From contig JAUFOQ010000003.1 in assembly GCA_040285855.1 (NCBI GenBank), positions 1,922,001 to 1,986,000 of the forward strand: a stretch of DNA of 64,000 bases, read 5' to 3'. This document shows, piece after piece, positions 1 through 11,808 of the stretch. Under the pieces are notes generated by a model. It was not told where the DNA came from. It was given only the letters and a program-made list of their open reading frames with translations, and did no database searches. A program made the translations under genes and the position numbers. How positions within the stretch are numbered: position 1 is the first letter of the stretch; every line of letters begins with the position of its first letter. Source of the stretch: Eukaryota sp. GEM-RC1. Taxonomy: Eukaryota.

Positions 1-195
1 GATGTGTAACGTAACCAGCAATCTTGTTTCTGAGACGCTTTGAAGGGATTTCGGCCACCTTTTCAACTACTCTCTTGTTGGTATCAAAATCGGTGGTAAG
101 TGAAGGATACCACTTTTCGATGATGATTTTAGCAGCACGCTTTACGGTACGGGTCTTAACAGGCCGGCGATAAGTCTGAAAGACATAACATACAT
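1..195 (-). CDS. RPS17: 40S ribosomal protein S17 (eS17), 5' part; runs off the window start. Proposed 29-nt intron 165..193 splits the ATG (AT|G)
   Basis: Minus strand from 163 reads [54 protein letters not shown], the eS17 N-terminal signature. No in-frame ATG exists without splicing. Confidence 0.93.
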
Positions 196-781
196 AGTAA
201 AATGGGTTGGACCAAAAAAAGGGAGAAAAGGGAATTCCTTCAAACAATGAGGATAGACCTACTTATGTGAGCAGCCTCAAACATCAACATTCCCTTCAGC
301 TCCTTCATTATTCTTATAATATGTACTAAGTTCATAATGATTCATTGATCTCTAAAGATTTTTATCTAACATAATGTGGAACTTTTTGTTGGACATCCTT
401 CAACTTGGTTTAAGTGGGCGACTTCTTTGTGAAGTGATACGCAAATACTATACTGCTCCAGTACCCATCTAGTACTGTTGATACCTTCAACTTCAGTCAA
501 TTTCATCATTGGTTGAATTGAAAGCGGAAGGACGTGAAAGCGCTTGGTCACTAGTATCCTGCTGCTTTTTGATTCACTCACCATAAATTGTTTTTTGTTG
601 TACTAGTATGATTATTTGAAGTTTTTTTTTAATTTCAGACTATTTTAATATCTGTTTGACCATAAGCTAGCAGTCTAAATATGAAGGAATAGCTGTCTAG
701 ATTTCCAGCAATGTCTGGTAGATGTAAAAACTCAAATGCAAAATTTGTCTGAAAGAGTACTTTCTCCATCGTTTTCACCAA

Positions 782-2090
782 ATGTCTAACGATCCCGAAC
801 TTGACGGTACGGTTGCTTTTCCACTCTCTTCATTCCTTTCCCTAATCTCTTACTCCAGATCTTGTCGATTATGACGAACCTGCAGAAGCTCCTGATTCCA
901 CAGTTCATGAAATCGAGGACAAATCTTCCACTGGAATACACTCTATGGGATTCAAAGACTTTCTTCTTCATCCCAAGTTGATGAAAGCCATTTCGTCCGT
1001 GGGTTTCGAATCTCCTTCTGAGATTCAAAGAGAGTGTATTCCTCAGGTAACGCTGGGACACGACGTTCTAGGGCAAGCGAAATCAGGTATGGGTAAGACC
1101 GCTGTCTTTGTTTTGGGTATTCTCCAACAGGTGATCGCCGCCGATTCCGTCACCGATATTGTTGCCGTGGTTATCACTCATACCAGAGAGATGGCACAAC
1201 AAATCCAGAGTGAGTTCCACCGATTTGGTAATCTGGCCAACATTACCGCTGCTGCTGTCTATGGAGGTATCCGCTACGAAGTTTCAAAGCAAACGCTTGA
1301 CCAATTGAAACCTCAAATTCTGGTAGGTACCCCCGGACGACTTACTGAATTCGTTAAGAAAGGATTAAGATTGGACAAAGTCAAGCACTTTGTTGTTGAC
1401 GAAGCTGATAAGGTAATTGAACACTCCGATATGAGGGCTGATCTTCAAACAATCTTTAAGGCTACTCCCAAAAATAAGCAAACCATGATGTTCTCCGCCA
1501 CAATGTCTCAAGAAAATCTTGAAACTTGCAAATTGTTCATGCAAAATCCAATCATTATTCGTGTTGATGAGGATAAGAAGTTAACATTGCACGGTCTCTT
1601 ACAGTATTTTATCAATGTTGATTCTGATAAGAAACAGGAAAAGCTTATGGATCTTCTTGATGAACTTGAATTCAATCAAGTTGTCATATTCGTGAATGCC
1701 TCTTCTAGAGCTCGTGCCCTGTCCCGTGTTATGAAAAACCACTCCTTCCCCGCCTTGATGCTTCATGGTGAAATGAGGCAGGAAATACGTTCTCAAGTCT
1801 ATAACGATTTCAAGAATTTCAGAGGAAGAATCTTGATCGCCACGGATTTAGCTGGTAGAGGTATTGATATTGAAAAAGTCAATGTTGTTATCAATTATGA
1901 CATGCCTTCTGACTCTGATAGCTATCTTCATCGTGTTGGACGTGCAGGTAGATTTGCAAGTAAGGGACTTGCAATTTCGTTTATCTCAACAGAAGATGAT
2001 AAGCGTGTTTTGGATGAAGTTCAAAGCAGATTTGCTGTTGAAATGGCCGAATTAACAGACAGTTATCCAGAAGCTAGCAGCTATTCATAA
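782..2090 (+). CDS. SUB2: DECD/DEAD-box RNA helicase UAP56/SUB2/DDX39, with a canonical 52-nt intron at 807..858
   Basis: GFKDFLL, QAKSGMGKTAVF, GTPGR, FSAT, RGIDIEKVN and YLHRVGRAGRF motifs. Splicing GTACGG...CCTAAT...CCAG joins MSNDPELD to DLVDYDE, typical of the UAP56 N-terminus. Confidence 0.93.
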
Positions 2091-2233
2091 TTTTTCTTTG
2101 ACTTGAAGTTAAACACGACACATTTCGAACTTAAATAAAGTGTATTTTTTAATGTACAATAGAAATTCAGTAAAGCTGAACAAGGAGAACAAAGTACAAC
2201 TTGTAGTATGTTGATCAGAACTTCATTTAAGAT

Positions 2234-2581
2234 TTAACTCAGGTTTTGGGATGGGTCCTTGACAAAGAACTGATGAATCTAAAGGGAATGGTGGAATAGT
2301 AGGAGGACAAAATTCCGTAGAGCCTGCAGCTCTTCTGAACACACAAATGGTCGGGGTAAAGGAATAAAGTATCTGTTTTTTTCTGTTGATGTCGGTGAAG
2401 AAGGCGAAAGTGGACGCTCATCAACATTGGAGTCCAGCGAATGCTTAATTGCATTGTCTACAACATCACAATTTTCACTGAATATAGTTGCTATCTGATA
2501 GGACCAGAGAGAATGAAGCTGGAATTCATGTATAGGAAGATCCAGAGTGCGGGGATTTAATCTGTCAGTAACTTGAGCCAT
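2234..2581 (-). CDS. Small hypothetical protein (~105 aa) with a probable 30-nt GT-AG intron at 2279..2308
   Basis: ORF from ATG 2581, divergent from the Cep192-like gene. Removing GTCCTC...TTTAG deletes the in-frame TAG and gives ...ELQALRNFIHQFFVKDPSQNLS*. Confidence 0.5.
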
Positions 2582-2653
2582 TGGCTTATAAAATAGTGAA
2601 GTTCGCTGTAGCAGTAGTACACAAAAATTGGTTCAGAAATTCTCTCTCCCAAA

Positions 2654-5600
2654 ATGGATTCTGTCGAGGATTCTGACTCTTACACACTTTCTCCAATTCA
2701 ACGACAGGCATTTAGAGAGACTGATACGCTTGACAGTACTTCTCAAGTTGACAATTCTCCTAAAAAATACGATGCTGATCCTTGTGAATGGCTTTGTTCT
2801 TCACCCATGACTACTTCGACTACGTCTAATATCCCTATTTCCCCTCCCCTTGCAACTTGACTTCACACCAAGACGTACTTCACTCACAACTCCGTCTCTT
2901 AAACTTCTTCAGGACAAGTTTGCATCTGGTGCTCTTGTTCGCTCTTACCAAGATCGTGATTATTCAATTCCATCTCTTCCTGATGTTCATGAAAACACTT
3001 CAGATCTCCGAACTCCAGACCTTGATCTTTCCGACAACAACGAGTCTCCTCCAAGTTCTTCTCGTGATGGTCTGGCTAATTATTTAAATGAAGCAGACGT
3101 TACGTTGGACCAGACCACCATTAGTGATGATATCAATTCTGAGCAAATACCTGTTCGAACCTCAACTCAGAATGTTTCTTTAGAGCAATCATTTGATGAC
3201 AATAATGAACTATCCGGTGACAATACCCCATCTGATGTCTCTTCTGCTGAAGAACACGACGAAGTGGTGGAAGCCTTTGATAAACATGTCTCACGACACC
3301 ATTCACATGATATAGCCTCTGTCACATCACTTCCACCAGCTTCCAAGTCTTTTGCCGAACTCCAACCCCCTACCAGAACTATTTCTCAACCCTCGCTTCA
3401 TGAGGGACTTCCTGTTGCCAATGACATATCCTTTGGCGAGACTCCTCTGCTTACTTCCTCTCCTCGATCAATCCCACTTCGCAACACTTCTAAGTCATCG
3501 ATTACCCTCTCATTCACTCTTCCTCCATCATCCTGCTTCTCTTGCTCTCCTTTCTCCATCTCTATTCCTCCTCTATCTTCTGCTTCCATTGTTGTCTCCT
3601 TCTATCCTAAAGAAGTGGGTCACTGTGAATCTCTCCTGAAGGTAGCCAGAGGATCAGATACTGTTATGGCTTTCTCACTCTCTGGAGTTGGAGTAAATGC
3701 CACGTCATCAGTACCTGTCAGTTCTCCATCAGTTACGTATACTCAGGAAGAGTCTTCTAGACCTCTGTTCACGTGTCCCAATCAGATCAAGCTCAAAAGA
3801 CTTCCGTTGAAGTCTCCTCAATCAATTACTCCCGATGACGATCAAATGATCTTTTCGACATTCCTGTCAAGTCTTTGATCTCCACAACATTGTCTTTAAA
3901 AGTCAAGATTTTTCCAACAGATTCGTCAGGGTCATTAATCACTAATCACAACCTTCCTCACGCTTCAATTTTGTCCCTAATCTCTTCTGAGTGTCCATCG
4001 GTTCCACCAAAAGGAAATGTAAACGTCAAAGTGGCTGCACAACCAAAAGTAGAAGGTGAATTTAGCGCTGTGATTGTGATTGAATCAGTCATCAACGACT
4101 CAGTTTCCTTTTCTGAAGCTGTCAATGTCTCTGGTACAATTGTTGACACTAGAGCAGTTATATCACATGCTTCTATCGAGTACGGCGTTATTCCACTACT
4201 TTATCAACAGAATTCAGAGTTCTCTCGTACTGTTGAGGTGTTTAATAAGTCGAAAAATAGGTGTAAGTTTTTGGTTGCAATTAAAAATAGAGCTCAAATC
4301 AACGATTATAGCGATGATGATGATGATGATGTCATCACGTCAACTCCATTCATCCTTGATGCGACTGATTCGCCCCATCAACAATCAGATCAGTCTCATG
4401 TCATTCTAACCCTTGATCCCAATCAGTCAATCAAAGTCAACGTTCTTGCCAATCCCGTTTGCACCCTTCCTCCTGGTTCAAAAGCTCTTCTATCTCTTAG
4501 AAACGAGCTCTCTGTCCGCCCAGAAAGATTCGTGGCAACCCTTGGAGTGTATGCAGTGGTGGATCTTTCTTCTGATACGACTTCAATCAAGCAGAATTCC
4601 TTTGAAATCCTTTTGAGCTCGTGTGTTTTGTCCATGAGGGTCGGTGCTCCTAGAATTCAAGTTCACAAGGAAGCTAAATCAAAAACTAAAATGATTGTTA
4701 GTAGAACCTGTGAGATATTGAAAGATGAGTTCTCGACTGGGACGTCGTTGTCGCTGTCTTCTGCTTATGGAAAGTGTAGTTTCCAGATTAGGAATGGGGG
4801 TCACGTTAGCGATGAGCTGTCATTTAAGATTGATGACGTGAAGTATGACTCTGGTCTCAATCCACTGATTGGAACTTTTGATATTCAAGTAGACCCTTCT
4901 GATCTTGTTCTTCATCCAAACACTGTGGAATCAGTCCACGTTGCTTTTACCCTCCCAGTCAATCAAATTCTAGATGATGACGTCATGCGGCTCAAAAACA
5001 TTTTGACCGGTCAAGAACCAGTTGAAATTACCGCTCAAATCGTCACCTTTTCACAGGGCCACTACCTCTTCTCAACGCCTCTCTCCATCCTTCTCTCATT
5101 TGACCACCCAACACCTCCCTTGGACATTGTCTGTGACAAGCCTATCCTATCCTTTGGAGTTGTTCCCATTGGTCAGAGTAGTAAGAGCTCACTTGTGGTG
5201 AGGAACAACTCATTGCCACAATCAAATATAGTGAGTGATCTTTTTTTCTATGTTCTCGACATCGACTGCAATCAATGTGTCGGTGTCTCGTCTGGAGGAA
5301 AGCGATGCGTGTTTTGCAATCATTTCTGATGGAAAGGAAGTTTCCGAGACCACAATCACTCTCACTCGATTTTCCAAAGACATTTCCATCGTCTTCAAAC
5401 CTAACCATACTTGCTCCTACAGATCCCTCCTTGTCCTGGTCCCAGTCAATCCTCCCACTTCCTCCTCCCCAGAATCTTGTGAGTACAGGATACCTTTAAT
5501 TGGTCATGGTGGTTCTTCTCTACTGCAAATGCCTTCGAATATTGCTTCCCTGACTCTCCCCTGTAGTATTGCTCTGCGAAACAGTGGGACTAGGACATCA

Positions 5601-7731
5601 GCTTTGAAGATTCTACCGACTGATGAGTTCGTGACAGCTTCTCCTGATATATTCTTTGTTAATCCTGGTGAAACTGTTAGGTTTAGTTTGACCCAGACAG
5701 TCAGGGATGTGGTGTCAAAGTCTCAAACTTCGCTGGTATTAGCCTCAGTGGATCAACACGTGTTGTCTTGTAGATTCCTCGCGAGTTCTAATAACTTACC
5801 AATGGCCAGCGCATCGAATCTACTTCCCAGTGAAAATCTAATCAAAAGTTTTGGTCATAGTACAGCTCAATCAATCGTAGAAGAGCTCAATGATTTGTCG
5901 TCATGGAAGGGGCTTTTAGCTAAGCATGCAACTGTAGACAAGTTAGTTGAGGTAGGTTCTGGTACTGACGCTAGTACTGGTGATAGATTGTATGATTGCT
6001 TTTACATTTCAAATGACTTTAAAAGGGTTTTGAGTATTACCACAATCAAACTTGGATTGAGAAGAGATCAATCTCCCAAGGAAAAGATCATTTCTGGATA
6101 TGAATCAGATGATGTTTTCGACCGTCATAGTTCTGAGCTTAAACACTCAACTACACATGCGTTTGATCAAAAGAGCTCTTTGTGATTAGTCCGGAAAGAA
6201 TTGTTTTGAGCTCTACCTCTAAGTATGGAACAATGACTGTCACGAGTACAGTCAGTCAGAATCTCGTCATCACAATCAAATCACCTTCCTATGTTGTTAG
6301 TGATTATTCTCAGCCAATTGTCTTACAATCACACCAATCTCAAAAGGTTACGTTTATGATTGCTGAGAAACCTATTGAGAGTCAATCAGACATTTTAGTT
6401 TCAGCTCAAGTATTATCATCTGGAATTTCCTTTGAGAAAACAATTCCCTTAATAATCAATAACTATCACTCTGTGGAGAATCTACATCCAGAAAATCCAA
6501 GTAAGAGTCAGAGTTTGAAAGTTTTAGAAACTAATCCCGAATTAACCAGAAATATTCAAAAATTACAGTCACAAAAAGCTGAGTTTGCGGCCTTTACTGA
6601 ATCTAAAATGAAGGAAAAGAAAGAAAACCCACCTCTCAATCAGGTTAAATCTTTTGAATCAATACCAAAAGAAGAACCCATTTATATTCCTTCCTCTTCT
6701 GATACTTATTCACTACCACGTACAGCCGATCTGAACCCTATTCAATCAAATCCGTCTTCTGATTTGATTTCCAAGAGCGAGGAATTTGTTAGTGTGGAAG
6801 ACAATCATCATGCAAAGTCACGTTCTGATAGGTCAGAGTCTTCAAAAGTCAGTGATAATCAAGGTGACCTTGATCTCTTCCGAAACAGGCACTCACGATC
6901 TGCATCACTTCAAACTGATGAAATATCATCATTTGGGTCACAATCAAATTTGATTGGTGGAACTCTAACAGATACTTCCCCCGAATTCTCATCGAATCGA
7001 GCGCCATCAATAGAAAATCTGTCAATTCAACACATCTTTTCTTCAGTTGAAGATAGTCCTCCAGTGCCACGTGTTAAACCATCACGTCTTGATTTTGACC
7101 CTTCAGAATTGATTGATTTAATGTATAGTCCTCAAATATATGTTAAGCCTGGATTCGTATCATGTATGCCGTTAGTTTTAACATCAAAAACATCTCACGA
7201 CGTGAAGTTCTCAATCAAAAGTACAACTCCATCAGAATCAAAATCAATTTTGATTGACAAACGTGTTGGTATTCTCACACCATCATCTTCTTCAGTTTTG
7301 TCTCTTTCCTGTAATCAAACTGCCTCATCAAAGTCATTTTCTGTGTTTGTCGATGGATGTTCAAAACCTGATCAGATTTCACTAGAAGTCATTAATGTTG
7401 TTGGATCTTTTCTAAACCAGAACTAGCAGGTGATCGCAATGGCCTCCATTTCCGAGAGTCTTTGGATTTCAAAAATGTAAACGTGAACACTCCAATCAAA
7501 AAGAAACTACGAGTTTGTAATGGGTCTTCTCGAGATGTGAAAGTCTACTTCCCTTTGGTTGAAAGGCCATTTAAGATTAGACATAGTTGTGTGGTGGTTA
7601 AATCAAGATCGTTTGTCATGGTGCCTATTGTTTTTACTCCCATGTTTGTTGGTCAGCATATGCTGTTTTTGAATGTTATTGGTGATGATGGTCAGGTTGC
7701 GTGTGTAAACGTCACTGGAGTTGCGAGTTGA
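2654..7731 (+). CDS. CEP192: Cep192/Spd-2-like centrosomal protein with multiple ASH/PapD-like domains; one gene split over six ORFs by indels and one intron (5231..5264)
   Basis: Ser-rich disordered N-terminus followed by ASH-type blocks: LSFGVVPIGQSSKSSLVVRN, IPLIGHGGSS, LRNSGTRTSALKI and a C-terminal LDFKNV...KLRVCN...FVMVPIVFTP. ORFs overlap at homopolymers near 2845, 3845, 6170 and 7410. Confidence 0.68.
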
Positions 7732-7977
7732 TTGTAATTTAAGTACTTTTGTATGTCGGTTTTTTGACACGTTGATATTTTTCGTCATTTTTGTATTATA
7801 TTGGTCTTGTTTATTCGATTATAAAGTTATTTGCTGTGAATTTTCATTTATCCAGTTAATATCATTGTTCATATCCTTTGGACATGATACGAGTCAAAAT
7901 ACGACGAGAACAACAACAAAAACACAAACGATCTGAATTAGGAAAAGAGAATAAAAGACAAAAAATTAAATTATATA

Positions 7978-9059
7978 TTACATTGAAGATTTCAATGATC
8001 TCAAAATCTTCTGAAGTCCATCCAATCGTTCTTGAACAGAAGTATCATGCCTAGACTTATCCCAACTCCTATCAGCTGAATATGGTCTTCTCTTTGTCTT
8101 TTGAGTTCCACTGCTCCTGGACCTCGATGCTGAGGAAGGTCTGGAACTAGCTCTTGAAGAGGATCTAGAGGAAGGACGGGAAGTTGGACGAGGAGATGTA
8201 TCTCTACGTGATTTGGACTTCTTTTCTTTTTTATCTTTAACCCATGCTGTTGGGTCAAATCTGGGAAGTGATGACGAGCGCTTACGTGTAGCTGACACTG
8301 GTCGATTACTTGGAGGAGTCGGACTAGAGCGGAAAGTCTCACGTTTTCTGGTTGCTGAGGAAGGTCTTTGGGAAGAAGTGATTCGGCGTGAGGCTTTTGA
8401 AGCTTGGTCAGCTCGCTTACGTTCTTTTTCAAGTAAAGTCTCCATCTTTTGAGCTCTTGCCGCAGATTTCTGATTTCTGTCTCTTGCTCACGTATTTTCC
8501 TGGTTTTACTTCGATTGGCTTCTGACAGTTTTTCCATCTCTGTAACTTTACTCTCATATTTTTTCTTCCATAAAGACTCTGACGGACTCTTTTGAGGCCT
8601 AGCAACTGTAGTAGAGGGTGGTGTTACAGTGGACTGAGAAGACGGTATTAAAGGGAGGGGATAGTGAACTCGGTCAAATTGAGAAGCATAGGTTAGGATC
8701 AGATAGCGTCTGTCTTTGCGTTCAGCAGACTTGTCAGCCACCGGTTGGCCCCTAGCTTGCTTTAACCGGTCGAGATCCTCAGGAGTAAGTAGATCGAGGT
8801 AGACAGATTCAGAAGAGTGTGTTAGAGCAGCTTTTAGCATGTCAACAAAGACAGTAAAGCTTTTACGACTTCCAGCTTTCTTAGTATAGTCTTCTATATA
8901 TTTTGCAGAAAATTCACCTATCCATTTGACTGTTGGGGATGTAGATTGTATGACTTCGAGAACAAGACGCTGATGGTGTGTATCAACAATTACATTGTAG
9001 GGAGTGTTATGAAACTGGACATTGAAGGTGAGAGTCTCCCCGAGAGTGTCAATAGACAT
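7978..9059 (-). CDS. CCDC61: CCDC61/VFL3 centriolar coiled-coil protein; single indel near 8447
   Basis: [39 protein letters not shown] and [20 protein letters not shown] head domain. The C-terminal ORF carries [11 protein letters not shown] and ERLDGLQ, as in CCDC61. Confidence 0.9.
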
Positions 9060-9103
9060 CAAAGAGTTGGTTGTGTGATGAAACTTTCTGTAACAATTTT
9101 TCC

Positions 9104-10753
9104 ATGATGCAACCTGGCATAATTCTATTGAAAGAAGGGACTGACGACTCCCAGGGTATCCCCCAAGTTGTCTCCAATATCGCTGCATGTTCTGCTGTAG
9201 CTGATGTTGTTAGAACTACTTTGGGTCCCCGAGGAATGGACAAACTTATGCGGGTTGGTAAGAATCGTACTATCTCTAACGATGGCGCTACTGTCATGTC
9301 TTTACTCGATGTCGTTCATCCTGCTGCTAAAATGCTCGTTGATATCTCTCGATCTCAAGATCAGGAACAAGGCGACGGCACTACTTCTGTTGTCGTTTTC
9401 GCCGTTGAACTTATGAAACTCGCAAAGCCTTTCATCGAAGACAAAGTTCATCCCCGCTTCATCACAGCTGCATACCGAAAAGCTCTCAGCAAATGCTTAG
9501 AAAAGATCGAAGAACTCCAAATCACCATGACAGATTCCCAAGCTCTCCTCGAACGATGCGCCTCTACTTCAATGTCAAGTAAACTCATCGCTGGCTACAG
9601 TGACTTCTTCGCTCCATTGGCAGTGAAGGCTGTTCTGCACCTCAAGGACGAGGACTACGACCTCGACCTCCTAGGTATCAAGAAGGTTCCTGGTGGTTCC
9701 ATGGAAGATTCTTTCTTAGTAGAAGGAGTGGCGTTCGAGAAGACATTCTCTTATGCTGGATTTGAACAACAACCCAAAAGAATCGATAACCCCAAGATTT
9801 TACTTCTCAACGTGGAACTAGAACTCAAGGCTGAAGCTTCGAATGCTGAGGTTCGTCTAACTGACCCCGATCAGTTCCAATCAATTGTCGATGCTGAGTG
9901 GAAGATCATTTATGATAAGCTCGATGCTATTACCCAATCCGGTGCTAACATTGTCTTGTCAAAGCTTCCTATTGGTGATTTAGCTACTCAGTACTTTGCT
10001 GATCGTGATATTTTCTGTGCTGGTAGAGTAACCAGGGAAGATATGAAGAGAGTCGTTGCAGCTACTGGTGGATCCGTCCAATCATCCACTTCTCATTTGA
10101 CTGATGATGTGATTGGTACCTGTGAGCTCTTTGAAGAACGTCAGATTGGTAGTGGTCGCTTCAATATGTTCTTGGGTGTTCCTCAATCTCGATCAGTTAC
10201 TATTGTGCTTAGAGGTGGAGCTCAGGAGTTTATTGAGGAGGTAGACCGTTCTCTTCATGACGCTGTTTGTGTTGTTAAGAGAGCTGCCCAGTCTTCTAAC
10301 ATTGTTGCTGGGGGAGGTGCTATTGAGATGGAGCTTTCTAAGTTTCTTCGTGATTACTCAAAGACTATTCATGGAAAGCAACAGTTGCTTGTCGCTGCTT
10401 TTGCCCGTGCTTTAGAAGTTATCCCTAGACAATTGGCTGAGAACGCAGGATTCGATACTGTGGATGTATTGAATAAGCTGCGTCATTTCCATTACAAAGG
10501 AAAGCAATGGGAAGGGGTTGATATTGAAAATGGTGGAACTTGTGATTGTTATGAGACTTTTGTTTGGGAACCATCTTCTGTAAAAGTTAATGCCTTGGCT
10601 GCTGCCACTGAAGCCGCTTGTACTATTATTTCTGTTGATGAAACTATTAGAAATCCCAAGGCTGAACAACCTCAGCAAGCTCCAGTGAGAGGAGGTAGAG
10701 GAAGAGGTCAAAGAGGAATGAGAGCTCCTAGAGTTTATAGAGGTAACCGCTAA
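9104..10753 (+). CDS. CCT7: T-complex protein 1 subunit eta (CCT7)
   Basis: [50 protein letters not shown] and VWEP motifs, plus an RG-rich tail. Confidence 0.96.
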   Translation: MMQPGIILLKEGTDDSQGIPQVVSNIAACSAVADVVRTTLGPRGMDKLMRVGKNRTISNDGATVMSLLDVVHPAAKMLVDISRSQDQEQGDGTTSVVVFAVELMKLAKPFIEDKVHPRFITAAYRKALSKCLEKIEELQITMTDSQALLERCASTSMSSKLIAGYSDFFAPLAVKAVLHLKDEDYDLDLLGIKKVPGGSMEDSFLVEGVAFEKTFSYAGFEQQPKRIDNPKILLLNVELELKAEASNAEVRLTDPDQFQSIVDAEWKIIYDKLDAITQSGANIVLSKLPIGDLATQYFADRDIFCAGRVTREDMKRVVAATGGSVQSSTSHLTDDVIGTCELFEERQIGSGRFNMFLGVPQSRSVTIVLRGGAQEFIEEVDRSLHDAVCVVKRAAQSSNIVAGGGAIEMELSKFLRDYSKTIHGKQQLLVAAFARALEVIPRQLAENAGFDTVDVLNKLRHFHYKGKQWEGVDIENGGTCDCYETFVWEPSSVKVNALAAATEAACTIISVDETIRNPKAEQPQQAPVRGGRGRGQRGMRAPRVYRGNR

Positions 10754-11189
10754 AAAAGCTTTGGATAGTTCAAAACGATATAATATAAATCAAGGCTTAT
10801 AATTGGTTTAATTTTGGGTTCTCATAGACTATGTAGGATAGTACATCACATGTAGTGATCATCAACACTGGACTCGGTCTCTAACACAAAGACCTGGAAT
10901 TTCTTAGAAAAACAAAGCAAAACATTTGTTTAACAGATCAGAAGAAAACTTTATTCGGCACCCAATAAGGTAACCTTCCTACAAAACTGTGAAATTGTAA
11001 AAAAACAAACAATACTACTAGTAAGATTAAATCCAAACGACTTCATCACCACCCGGTAAAAGATTACGTTTATCAACATTAACCTTCACACCAAACTTGT
11101 ACAATTTCTCAATTAATCTAGAGAAATAGTAAGGTATATTCCGATATATGGAAAACACTATACGGTTTTTCCATTCAGCCACTCTAAAC

Positions 11190-11719
11190 CATGGAACGCA
11201 AATGTTCCGTACCGAGGCGATTTTAGGCGTACCGTACCGTACGTACGTACAGTACGTGTACCGGTACTGTTCTTTGACCGACACAAATAAATATGATTGA
11301 TTCCAAATATGTACTAGTAGATGATAACCCTTGTGAGAATTAATTTGGTCTACTGAATACATAGGCTTCCCTCCATCTTGCATGTCGAGCTTCTTCAGAA
11401 ACACTGCTCTTGCAGAACATCTCACTGATATTCACAAGATCAACGCTGTCGGCTTTAACTCACATTGCATTTAACGAACGACTACTACGTGAGAGATCAC
11501 TCAAAAAGGCCCAAAGACTCGAACAATGGATTTCCAAACGAATGGAAGAGGCAGAAGACAATTGTGATGATGCCGACTTTGACAGTTTGATGCACCTAAA
11601 CTCTGGAAATAGTGTTTTTGAATAGAATAAAATTGTTTTTGAACACAGCTGTATTAGACATCAAATGTCATCCGTACGGATAAAATAAATCGGTACGTAC
11701 CGCTAATTTGCGCACCATG
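11190..11719. mobile_element. Non-autonomous hAT-type element (MITE, 530 bp)
   Basis: Perfect 8-bp TSD CTCTAAAC at 11182-11189 and 11720-11727. TIRs CATGGAACGCAAAT / CATGGTGCGCAAAT match 12 of 14. CGTAC-rich subterminal repeats. Confidence 0.85.
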
Positions 11720-11808
11720 CTCTAAACTTACGCTTCTTTTCTTTACACAATTCTTCGAAATCCTTGAAAAATTGATCAGCAGTCTCAATCTACAGCATCA
11801 CCTTATCG

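Noticed and set aside
366..584. Short ORF between RPS17 and SUB2, and the many 60-120 aa antisense or nested ORFs in the track
   Set aside because: No recognisable motifs; mostly shadows of real genes or repeats.
3812..3840. Third possible GT-CG intron (29 nt, GTCTCC...GACG) in the Cep192-like gene; a similar GTAAGC...CATCG segment lies at 53639-53689
   Set aside because: The first has a weak donor and one missing A at CAAA 3843 explains the break equally well. The second does not restore a reading frame.
9060..9188. Overlapping N-terminal extensions of the CCDC61 and CCT7 ORFs
   Set aside because: ORF-caller artefacts; homology begins at ATG 9059 (-) and ATG 9104 (+).
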